Assembly (NCBI GenBank): GCA_044357345.1
Contig: JBIKPR010000006.1
Location: 1-56,540 of the forward strand
Direction: 5' to 3'
From: Bacteroidia bacterium
GTDB lineage: Bacteria > Bacteroidota > Bacteroidia > NS11-12g > UBA955
Length of the DNA: 56,540 bases
The notes beneath the pieces are model-generated. The model was given only the letters and a program-made list of their open reading frames with translations, made no database searches and had not been told where the DNA came from. Shown here piece after piece: positions 1 to 8,218 of this stretch; position 1 is the stretch's first letter, and each line of letters opens with the position of its first letter. Made by a program: the position numbers and the translations under genes.

Positions 1-111
1 TAATCTAACATAAATGAATTTAATTTAATTGGAAATGTTCGATATGGTTTTTGCACCGGACTGAATCCTTGTAACTTAAAAGATAGTTACTTATGGTTTA
101 AGTAAAGTAAA

Positions 112-146
112 AAACAAAAAAGCCATGGTGAATAGTCACAATGGCT
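112..146 (-). terminator. Putative intrinsic terminator hairpin
   Basis: AGCCATGGTGA-ATAG-TCACAATGGCT stem (1 mismatch) preceded by an A-run, which is a U-tail on the minus strand. Confidence 0.5.
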
Positions 147-331
147 CTCTTGCATCAGCGTATGAAATGGAATCTTAGATTACTAAACTAAGAATTGCAT
201 TTAGTGTATAGACGTTTGTTTTATAATGAACGTTTCATTTAAAATGTTTTATGACTATAATATGACAATTTCATCTCGGCGAAGATGATATTGGCAGGTA
301 AATTTAGCATAAATAAGCGCGTAAAAGTTAT

Positions 332-339
332 TACTTTTG
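332..339 (+). promoter_or_regulatory. Bacteroidota primary-sigma -7 element for the tRNA
   Basis: TACTTTTG matches TAnnTTTG, 10 nt before the tRNA 5' end. Confidence 0.7.
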
Positions 340-349
340 TGGACTCTAA

Positions 350-421
350 GGCTCTATAGTTCAACGGATAGAACGAGGGTTTCCGAAACCCTAAATTCAG
401 GTTCGATCCCTGATGGGGCCA
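350..421 (+). tRNA. tRNA-Arg (anticodon CCG)
   Basis: Cloverleaf: acceptor GGCTCTA/TGGGGCC, D-arm GTTC/GAAC, anticodon arm AGGGT-TTCCGAA-ACCCT, T-arm TCAGG-TTCGATC-CCTGA; CCA not encoded. Confidence 0.96.
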
Positions 422-476
422 CAAAAATGAGAGTGAGAGTGGGAGCGAATGCGGACATTCTAACTCTCATTTTTGT
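421..476 (+). terminator. Long hairpin directly after the tRNA (terminator or processing signal)
   Basis: 14-bp perfect inverted repeat ACAAAAATGAGAGT / ACTCTCATTTTTGT enclosing GAATG-CGGA-CATTC. Confidence 0.55.
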
Positions 477-870
477 CTTCACTCTCACATTCATTCTCAC
501 ATTCACTCTATACTTAGTTCAAAATAAATGAAGTGTTGGGGCATTTTAATTAATAAGATTCTTAGATATAGAAATCTAAACAAAGCGAATGCGGACATTC
601 TCCCTGTTATTTGTCTTCACTCTCACATTCACTCTACACTTAGTTCAAAATAAATGAAGTGGCGAGGCATTTTAATAAGATTCTTAGATTTAGTAATCTC
701 AACATAGCGAATGCGGACATTCTCCCTCTCTTTTTTGTTTGTCCTTTGCAGCTTTTCTTAATCACCGCAGCCAAAGCGAATGTGATAGCGAAGAAGGGTC
801 TTCACACTCACATTCACTCTTTATTTAATTCAGGTAAAATTGCTAGATAGGGTTATTTAGTAATCTAAAA
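444..870. repeat. Degenerate tandem repeat, 3 units (140 bp, 122 bp, ~165 bp)
   Basis: AGCGAATGCGGACATTCT at 444, 584 and 706. Shared GTCTTCAC.CTCACATTC block in all units. Units 1 and 2 also share CTTAGTTCAAAATAAATGAAGTG and TAATAAGATTCTTAGAT. Confidence 0.9.
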
Positions 871-1965
871 CTAATTTTTAAACAACTCAGAATAAGGTTT
901 AACATAGGTCCCGGCAAGCGTGGTCACATATATTTTGCCTTTATATTTTTCAATTCCGGTTATTTGCCTGCTGCCAATTCCTTTGTTGTTTAATTTGGTG
1001 ATTTGAAATCCTTCTGATGTTATATTTACTTTTATAATCTCATTGAAACTGTATCCGAAAAGTTCATTGTCGAGTTGTTTGAATTTGTATCTATATACAA
1101 TTGAGGAATTAGAATAAGCAACTGCCCACGTATTGCCTTTATCGAAGGAACTATAAATATAGTAATTACTAACAGCATATAAGGTGTCTCTGAATTTAAA
1201 CATAGTTTGAAGGAAATCTGCTGGGGCCGCGCTCAATGTCAATACTTGTGATAATTGAGCTGCTGTATCAACTTGAAGTATACTCTCTGATGTAGCAATA
1301 TAATATTTACCAAAGAATGCCTTGACGCCATTGACAGAGAATGGTTTTCTAGGCATGGCAATTATAATTGACTTGTAATCTGCAACATCATAAGTTGACT
1401 GAATTAGTTTTTTACTAAATAAACCTATGTTTATGTAAATACTGTCTTTTGTATCTCTTTCTTTTTTATTGTAGTAAAGCATAAACCCTTTGTCATATAA
1501 ATCATTTACAGCGTTTATGCTCTCTTCAATGTTGTAAATTGTGGGGATGAATGATTTGAAATTGGAAAACTTATTGCCTTGTACAATCAATCCTCCAAAT
1601 TTGTTAAATGGCCCATAATCATAATATGCGAATATTCCATTTGAATCATTCCAGTTGAAAATAGCCATTCCATGATTCATGGGTGGTTTGATGTTTTTAT
1701 TCATTGTCCAAGTAGGTAAGGCTATGAGGTCAGAACTATCATATACAACCATATCATCGGGGCTAATAAAAAAGAGTTTGTTTTCAAATTGAACAACATC
1801 CATCATGTAATTGGAATAATACCCAAGAGCTTCAAATTCTTTCCAATATTGATTGGTGGGATCAATAACTTTTTCAATAATTTGAACTTCAGGTTTTTCT
1901 TTCTTGCAAGAAAACAGCAATAATACAAACCCTAAAAAGATTGTATGCTTAATATTGATTTTCAT
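871..1965 (-). CDS. Hypothetical surface lipoprotein, possibly beta-propeller
   Basis: Lipobox LLFSC followed by KKEKPE (charged export-signal-like); Asp-box-like SSFDKGNTW; upstream TACATTTG promoter. Confidence 0.75.
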   Translation of the reverse strand: MKINIKHTIFLGFVLLLFSCKKEKPEVQIIEKVIDPTNQYWKEFEALGYYSNYMMDVVQFENKLFFISPDDMVVYDSSDLIALPTWTMNKNIKPPMNHGMAIFNWNDSNGIFAYYDYGPFNKFGGLIVQGNKFSNFKSFIPTIYNIEESINAVNDLYDKGFMLYYNKKERDTKDSIYINIGLFSKKLIQSTYDVADYKSIIIAMPRKPFSVNGVKAFFGKYYIATSESILQVDTAAQLSQVLTLSAAPADFLQTMFKFRDTLYAVSNYYIYSSFDKGNTWAVAYSNSSIVYRYKFKQLDNELFGYSFNEIIKVNITSEGFQITKLNNKGIGSRQITGIEKYKGKIYVTTLAGTYVKPYSELFKN

Positions 1966-2031
1966 GTTTTGTTATAAATGCAAATGTATAAAAACTTTTG
2001 ATTAAAATTCCAATTGTGTCGTTTGAAACTC

Positions 2032-2070
2032 ATTTGTCTCCACTCTCACATTCACTCTCACTCTCACTCT
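2032..2070. repeat. Partial copy of the tRNA-proximal repeat plus CACTCT hexamer run
   Basis: 2032-2058 matches 609-635 at 26 of 27 nt, then (CACTCT)n continues. Confidence 0.8.
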
Positions 2071-2074
2071 CCCT

Positions 2075-2311
2075 CTGCACCTTGCCGCAGCGGCAGCCCA
2101 AGTGTTTATTCAATGTTTTTAGAACATTTATGCAGTCCCAGTTGCAGATCCCAATAGTAATTGGGAACGCAACGGGATTGAAAAAAATTAAATCCTGCAC
2201 TAAGGTGCAGCCTTGTTTTTTTAGACGGCGCGGCAGAATGCGCTTGCTCTATGAAATTAGTATGCAAATATTGTCAAACACTTGGCTAAAGCGGAGGCAG
2301 GGGATATGCAG
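2075..2311. repeat. GC-richer structured intergenic element (REP/MITE-like or ncRNA)
   Basis: Imperfect outer inverted repeat with perfect core CCAAGTGTTT (2098-2107) / AAACACTTGG (2276-2285); inner hairpin 2133-2180; CTGCAC-TAAG-GTGCAG at 2195-2210. Confidence 0.55.
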
Positions 2312-2436
2312 CCAAAAAAATCAAAGAGGTCTTAAATGAAGAATGACTTTATAAAAGGCTTATCTAATTACTAAAATCTTTAGCAATTCGTATTGTGCTT
2401 TACCTTTTCTTTTCCTTAGTTTTGTAAGAACAATTT

Positions 2437-3693
2437 ATGAAACATGATAATTTAGTTACTTGTCCTAATTGCAAGCACGAATTTAACATTGAAACGGCTT
2501 TAACTGCTGATATCGAAAAGGAGATTGATACCAAGTTAAGGAAGGAGTTCAATGAAAAATATATTACCGAAAAACGCAAGGCAGATGAGGTGCTGAAGCA
2601 AAAGGAGGAGTCCATTGCAAGCGAGCGCAGCAAATGGTTAGAACAACAACAAAAAGAATTTTTTGATAAAAAGTTGGAATTGGAGAACCAACTTAAAGTA
2701 AAAATAACTCAAGAAAATGAGGCCATGCTTCAGTCGCTTAAGAAGACCAATGAAGAGCAAGAGGCGAAAATAAAAGCCATGAGGCAATTGGAGGTTGACA
2801 AGATGGAGCTTCAAAACCGTTTAAAAGATTTGACCGAGTCGACAGAACTGGAAACCAAAAAACTCTTGTTGGAAAAAGAGATAGAGTTAAAAGAAAAACT
2901 CGGCAAAGAAGCGGATCAGAAGAGCGAGCTTAAAATCAAAGAGATGGAAAAGCAGATGGAAGATCAACGCAAATTGATAGAAGAGATGAAACGCAAATCG
3001 GAGCAAGGCAGTATGCAAATGCAGGGAGAGGTTCAAGAATTGGCCTTAGAGGATATGTTAAGGCATACTTTCCCTCTAGATAAGATTCAAGAAGTTGCCA
3101 AAGGGGTAAAAGGTGCAGATTTTATTCAGGTGGTGGTGAATCAGCTTGGTCAAGAATGCGGCAGCATCGTTTGGGAAAGTAAACGTACAAAAGATTTTCA
3201 ACCTTTGTGGATCGATAAATTTAAAACTGATTTTAGACAAAGTGGTGGCGATATTGGTGTAATAGTAACCCAGGCCATGCCAAAGGATATGGATGGATTT
3301 GGTTTAAAGGAAGGTATATACATTTGCCATTACCATGACGCAAAAAGTTTGGCCATGGTGCTTAGAGGAAGTATCATTCGTATAAATGAAGCAAATTCAG
3401 CAAATGAAAATAAGGGCGAGAAGATGCAAATGTTGTATTCGTATTTAACAGGCAATGAATTTAAACACCAAATGGAAGCTATTACGGAAGGGTTCTTTAG
3501 CATGAAAAGGGCTATTACCAGCGAGAAGATATCAATGGAGAAAATTTGGAAGGAGCGTGAGAAACAAATTGACAAAGTATTAACCAATGCAGCTGGAATG
3601 TTTGGCAGTGTGAAAGGTATTGCTGGTTCTGCTGTTTCAGAAATAAAAGGCTTGGAATTGGGTTCCGATGCCATGGATACTTTGGACGGATGA
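2437..3693 (+). CDS. DUF2130 domain-containing coiled-coil protein
   Basis: N-terminal CPNC, long coiled coil, conserved QGSMQMQGEVQELALE, KGVKGAD and WESKRTK motifs. Confidence 0.85.
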   Translation: MKHDNLVTCPNCKHEFNIETALTADIEKEIDTKLRKEFNEKYITEKRKADEVLKQKEESIASERSKWLEQQQKEFFDKKLELENQLKVKITQENEAMLQSLKKTNEEQEAKIKAMRQLEVDKMELQNRLKDLTESTELETKKLLLEKEIELKEKLGKEADQKSELKIKEMEKQMEDQRKLIEEMKRKSEQGSMQMQGEVQELALEDMLRHTFPLDKIQEVAKGVKGADFIQVVVNQLGQECGSIVWESKRTKDFQPLWIDKFKTDFRQSGGDIGVIVTQAMPKDMDGFGLKEGIYICHYHDAKSLAMVLRGSIIRINEANSANENKGEKMQMLYSYLTGNEFKHQMEAITEGFFSMKRAITSEKISMEKIWKEREKQIDKVLTNAAGMFGSVKGIAGSAVSEIKGLELGSDAMDTLDG

Positions 3694-4724
3694 TCGTTCG
3701 TCAATCCATTATAGAATTTTTAGATTTACAATTGCCAATTGTAGATGTTCGGTCGCCTTTAGAATTTGAGGCAGGACATATTGAATTGGCGGTTAATATT
3801 CCAATTTTAAACAATCAAAATAGGATTCATATTGGGAAAACCTTCAAACAAAAAGGAAGAGAGGCGGCAATTAAATTGGGTTATGAACTGGTTAATCCGC
3901 TTAAAGCGCATTTACTTGAAAGCATCAATCAGAATGTAGTGGGCAAAACCATTGCCTTGTATTGTGCAAGGGGAGGATTACGCAGCAACCACATGGCTGC
4001 TTTTTTTGCAGAACATGGATATAAAGTTTATGTTTTAAATGGGGGTTATAAAGCCTTCCGTAACCACCTGCTGAGCATTATCGCAAAGTTTAAACGCATA
4101 TTGGTGTTAAGTGCCAATACAGGCAGTGGGAAAACCGAAATACTACATGCCTTAAAAGCCAAAGGTGCTCAGGTGCTCGATTTAGAAGGATTAGCAAAAC
4201 ACAAAGGCAGTGTGTTTGGTGCTTTAGGAAATGAGCCACAGCCGAGCAGTGCAGTTTTTCATAATTTGATTTTTGAAGAGTTGAAACATTACAACCCTCA
4301 TGAAGTCTTGTGGGTAGAAAACGAAAGTTTTACCATTGGCCAGGTTCACTTGCCAATAGAGTTGTGGACACATATGAAAGTGGCTGCTGGTATTGAAATT
4401 TCAGTACCTTTGGGAGATAGAGTGAATTTTATAGAATCTGATTATGGCCGTTATACAGCAGATGAGCTTGTGTATTGCATTCAGAAGTTAAATAAACGAT
4501 TAGGCGATGAGGCATGCAGAAAAATTTGTGATTTGGTTCAAGAAGGCGATTTGAAAGCGGCAATCTATGGACTATTTAAATATTACGACAAGGCTTATGA
4601 AATGGGCAGAAGCAAAAGAAATTGTCATCATTATGTAAAAATTCCTTTCGAACACTTGGAACCAGAAAAAATTGCAGAATTTTTGTATCAGCATCAAAAT
4701 AAATATTCACCTGAATTCAATTAA
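3690..4724 (+). CDS. mnmH: tRNA 2-selenouridine(34) synthase
   Basis: Rhodanese domain (DVRSPLEFEAGHI, YCARGGLRS), P-loop NTGSGKT, DLEGLAKHKGSVFG; selD nearby. Confidence 0.93.
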   Translation: MIVRQSIIEFLDLQLPIVDVRSPLEFEAGHIELAVNIPILNNQNRIHIGKTFKQKGREAAIKLGYELVNPLKAHLLESINQNVVGKTIALYCARGGLRSNHMAAFFAEHGYKVYVLNGGYKAFRNHLLSIIAKFKRILVLSANTGSGKTEILHALKAKGAQVLDLEGLAKHKGSVFGALGNEPQPSSAVFHNLIFEELKHYNPHEVLWVENESFTIGQVHLPIELWTHMKVAAGIEISVPLGDRVNFIESDYGRYTADELVYCIQKLNKRLGDEACRKICDLVQEGDLKAAIYGLFKYYDKAYEMGRSKRNCHHYVKIPFEHLEPEKIAEFLYQHQNKYSPEFN

Positions 4725-4736
4725 ATTTGTGCACAC

Positions 4737-5732
4737 ATGAAAAAAGTACTTTTCACCTTCGTTTTATTTCTCAGCCACATTTTGGCTTTTTCTCAAGGAA
4801 CTACCATAAGCAGTATTTACATCGCCGACTCCAAAGTTGCTTGTCAATACAACAACACCATTACCAGTTGTTTAAAAATCAAGTCGCATTTAGACAGCAA
4901 TTGGAGAGGATTTCCATATGAGATTGAAGGATTTATTTTTGAGCCAGGTGTGGAGGTTCATATCGAAATGGAGAAAACACCAATTTTGTTTCCTGAAGAC
5001 AATGGACCAAAATATACTTACAAGCAGATTCGCGTAATAGACACACGCTCTACCGTTTTAGACAATAAGGCTTTGTTGGCTGCGAACAAATGGAAAATTA
5101 TAAATTTGGAAATTGACCGTGTAGTAACGCCTGCAAAAAAGGCCGATGCTTATATATTGTTTAATACAGACAGCAACACTGTAAGTGGCTTTGCAGGTTG
5201 CAATTCGTTTTTTGCCAATACTTTAATTGAAAATGGTGTTTTGCAATTTGGAGTAGCCCAGAATACTTTGCTTGCTTGTTCGAATGATGCGATAGAGCAA
5301 AGAATAATGGAAGGGCTAAAAGGTAAGGCAGCTTATTATATCCGCAACAATATGTTGTTTATTGTTTGTGAAAATAGAATGATCATGCATTGCCGTCCTG
5401 AGAAAAAATTGGACTCATTAATTGCAGACATCAATAAACCAGTTGTGGTATCTCGTGGCAACACGTTTGCCAATATGCAAAATGGCGAATTTGTTGTGAC
5501 GCTGGATGATTTGCCAAAAGCGGCCAACATGCAGATGTTTTTCAAAAGCACTGTGTTAACCGCTACAGAAAAAAAGACCATTAAAATTAAATTAAAAAAC
5601 AGCAATGTAGATGAAATTGTATCTCAGATTATAATTTTAGCGAAGCCACACAAAATGAAGGGTTATTATTATGCCATTGTTATTTTGAAGGATGGTACTA
5701 AATCCAATGTTGTGATGCGCAATGTCCTATAA
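4737..5732 (+). CDS. Secreted DUF4377 + META (HslJ-like) domain protein
   Basis: Signal peptide; C...CLKIK and IEGFIFEPG (DUF4377-like); VSGFAGCNSF and TLLAC (META). Confidence 0.75.
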   Translation: MKKVLFTFVLFLSHILAFSQGTTISSIYIADSKVACQYNNTITSCLKIKSHLDSNWRGFPYEIEGFIFEPGVEVHIEMEKTPILFPEDNGPKYTYKQIRVIDTRSTVLDNKALLAANKWKIINLEIDRVVTPAKKADAYILFNTDSNTVSGFAGCNSFFANTLIENGVLQFGVAQNTLLACSNDAIEQRIMEGLKGKAAYYIRNNMLFIVCENRMIMHCRPEKKLDSLIADINKPVVVSRGNTFANMQNGEFVVTLDDLPKAANMQMFFKSTVLTATEKKTIKIKLKNSNVDEIVSQIIILAKPHKMKGYYYAIVILKDGTKSNVVMRNVL

Positions 5733-6708
5733 TTTATTAGAGTTTTCTCGCGGTGGTGGTTGTGGATGCAAGATTGATCCAATTAAGCTTCACGCAATTT
5801 TATCAGACCATAAAAGCAATGATGCTCAATCTTTGTTGGTTGATTTCTTGGATAAGGATGATGCAACGATTATTGAAATAAACAAGGATACCTGTTTAAT
5901 ACAGACGGTTGATTTTTTTCTTCCATTGGTCAACAATGCGTATGACTTTGGCCGCATTGCCGCAGCCAATGCCATTAGCGATGTGTATGCTATGGGAGGC
6001 AAACCAATAATGGCACTTTCAATGCTCGGTTGGCCTCAGGATGTTTTGCCTTTAGAATTGGCAAAAGAGGTTTTAAAGGGGGCGGAAAGTATTTGTAAAG
6101 AAGCCGGTATCAGTATTTCAGGAGGTCATTCTATCGAAACCAAAGAGCCTTTGTTTGGTCTAAGTGTGAGTGGCGTGGTTGAAAAGCAAAATATTAAAAG
6201 AAAGAACACCTGCCAGCTAGGTGATTATTTGTATTTGACTAAACCTTTGGGTTTGGGTCTCTTATCGAATGCCATTAAGCACAATTTATTAAGCGAGGAA
6301 GGGTATCAAATATTAATTGAAACGGCTTGTCAATTAAATACTGTTGGGATTGAATTAGGGAAAAATGCCGCGGTCAATGCCATGACTGACGTTACTGGGT
6401 TTGGATTGCTCGGGCACTTAACCGAAATGCTTGGAGGTAAATTTGGAGCGGAATTGGAACTTGAATCAATACCTGTGATTCCTGAAGCTAAAACCTTGGC
6501 TGAAAAAATGGTATACCCAAATATCACCACCAGCAATTACAATTATGTAAAAGACCATTGCGATGGATTGAATGGTTTGGAATTTTTGTGGCTATGTGAT
6601 CCTCAAACCAGTGGAGGCTTATTGGTAAGTAGCAGTGAATTATTGAACTTTGAAGCTTTATTCCCAGTAGGTAGGGTGGTAGCTGGAAATAGAATAAATA
6701 TACATTAA
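5722..6708 (+). CDS. selD: Selenide, water dikinase (Cys form)
   Basis: GGGCGCK catalytic motif, QTVDFF, AANAISDVYAMGG, TDVTGFGLLGH, DPQTSGGLL. Confidence 0.96.
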   Translation: MSYNLLEFSRGGGCGCKIDPIKLHAILSDHKSNDAQSLLVDFLDKDDATIIEINKDTCLIQTVDFFLPLVNNAYDFGRIAAANAISDVYAMGGKPIMALSMLGWPQDVLPLELAKEVLKGAESICKEAGISISGGHSIETKEPLFGLSVSGVVEKQNIKRKNTCQLGDYLYLTKPLGLGLLSNAIKHNLLSEEGYQILIETACQLNTVGIELGKNAAVNAMTDVTGFGLLGHLTEMLGGKFGAELELESIPVIPEAKTLAEKMVYPNITTSNYNYVKDHCDGLNGLEFLWLCDPQTSGGLLVSSSELLNFEALFPVGRVVAGNRINIH

Positions 6709-6848
6709 GATATATTTAGCTCATTTTGAGTGACTTGTGTGTAAAATTTCATTAAATCATTTTTATTTTGTATATTGTGCTATAGTTTGATGGTAAATTA
6801 ATGATACCGTCACACTGAAACATAAGATTTGTAAACAAATAATGACCG

Positions 6849-7322
6849 ATGATTTGGAGAAAATTAGGCGGCGATCAAATCGTACTGCCGATTAAACAAG
6901 AAGTAGAACAAGCCATCTTGCGTGAACAAGCAAAAGGCACACATTTAAAAGTATGTATTGGTACAGACTCCCAAGTGAAGCGCAATATTGTCGAGTTTGC
7001 AACGGCTGTTGTGTTTATTCGAGAGCATAGCGGTGGATTTATGTATTTTAATTCATTTATAACCAAGAATCATTTTTCTTTAAAAGAAAGAATGTTGTTG
7101 GAGGTAAGTAAATCTATAGAAATTGCGTATGAATTGTGCTCTATTTTAGATACCTATCATGTTGAAATGGAAGTTCATGCCGATATCAATACGGATCCAA
7201 ATTTCAAAAGCCATGATTCTTTAAAAGAAGCAATGGGATACATTATAGGAATGGGTTTCACATTTAAAGCAAAGCCAGATGCATTTGCAAGCAGTTATTG
7301 CGCCAACAAAGTGGTGCATTAG
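6849..7322 (+). CDS. Ribonuclease H-like YkuK (DUF458) family protein
   Basis: IGTDSQ, RMLLEVSKS, EVHADIN and KPDAFASS motifs. Confidence 0.85.
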   Translation: MIWRKLGGDQIVLPIKQEVEQAILREQAKGTHLKVCIGTDSQVKRNIVEFATAVVFIREHSGGFMYFNSFITKNHFSLKERMLLEVSKSIEIAYELCSILDTYHVEMEVHADINTDPNFKSHDSLKEAMGYIIGMGFTFKAKPDAFASSYCANKVVH

Positions 7323-7332
7323 TTCAAAGCGC

Positions 7333-8208
7333 TTATTCTAAATAGCCCCAGTGTTTTAATTTCAATTCGTTTTTGCGCCAGTTTTCTTCAACTTTTACGC
7401 GCAAATCTAAGAACACTTTTTTGCCTACAAATTTTTCAATGTCTTTGCGTGCTTCAGTGCCTATGCGTTTGATGCCTTCACCATTTTTACCCACTATAAT
7501 TCCCTTTTGAGAATCGCGTTCTACAATAATGTAGGCGTATATTTTATCGATGTTTTGTTCTTCTTTGTAATCGTGAACAATTACTTCAGTGCTATACGGA
7601 ATCTCTTGTTCATAAAGATTAAAGATTTTTTCACGGATGATTTCACTGGTAAAGAAACGGGTATTGCGATCGGTTAATTGGTCTTTAGGATAAAATGCTT
7701 CATGTTCTGGTAAGTATGAGGCAATTCTATTAATAAGTGTTTGGGGATCCAAACCGTGCAAGGCAGAGATAGCAAAAACCTCTTTAGGGTTTATTGCCGC
7801 AGACAATTCGTTAATTACTTTGGTCACCTCTGCAGGCGTAGATAAGTCAATTTTGTTGACGATTAATAAGATGGGCGATTTGGCGGCTACAATCATGGCC
7901 AAATGTTCTTCTTTTAGATTAGGATTACTTACATCTACAAGCACAATTAACACATCTGCATCGTCAATGCTGTCTTTAACTGCATGCATCATGCTTTCGT
8001 GAAGCTTGTATGCTGGTTCAATAATACCTGGGGTGTCTGATAACACCATTTGGTAATCGTCGGTGTTTATAATTCCAAGTATTCGGTGACGGGTGGTACT
8101 TGCTTTAGGGGTAATGATACTTAATTGCTCGCCAACTAAGGCGTTGCTAAGAGTACTTTTACCAGCGTTCGGTTTCCCGATAATATTTACAAATCCTGCT
8201 TTATGCAT
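7333..8208 (-). CDS. era: GTPase Era
   Basis: GKPNAGKST, TTRHRI, DTPG, NKID, KH domain; start reset to MHKAGF. Confidence 0.97.
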   Translation of the reverse strand: MHKAGFVNIIGKPNAGKSTLSNALVGEQLSIITPKASTTRHRILGIINTDDYQMVLSDTPGIIEPAYKLHESMMHAVKDSIDDADVLIVLVDVSNPNLKEEHLAMIVAAKSPILLIVNKIDLSTPAEVTKVINELSAAINPKEVFAISALHGLDPQTLINRIASYLPEHEAFYPKDQLTDRNTRFFTSEIIREKIFNLYEQEIPYSTEVIVHDYKEEQNIDKIYAYIIVERDSQKGIIVGKNGEGIKRIGTEARKDIEKFVGKKVFLDLRVKVEENWRKNELKLKHWGYLE

Positions 8209-8218
8209 GTTAATGGGT

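Noticed and set aside
3-30. dif-like 11-6-11 site (minus strand AATTAAATTAA-ATTCAT-TTATGTTAGAT)
   Set aside because: The XerD arm is 10/11 but the XerC arm is only A/T. It sits at the window edge in very AT-rich DNA, so chance cannot be excluded without GC-skew context.
239-850. ORFs 239-424, 337-531 and 659-850
   Set aside because: They overlap the tRNA and the repeat array; the translations reflect repeat sequence.
444-870. CRISPR array interpretation of the repeats
   Set aside because: Spacers are >100 nt and homologous to each other, there are only 3 units, and no cas genes are present.
1998-2339. 113-aa ORF
   Set aside because: It runs through the CACTCT run (SLSLSL) and the structured element and has no protein-like features.
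5722-6708. Selenocysteine recoding in selD or neighbouring redox genes
   Set aside because: The catalytic codon is Cys. I saw no in-frame TGA at Cys positions in trxA, the rhodaneses, HMA or DUF1573.
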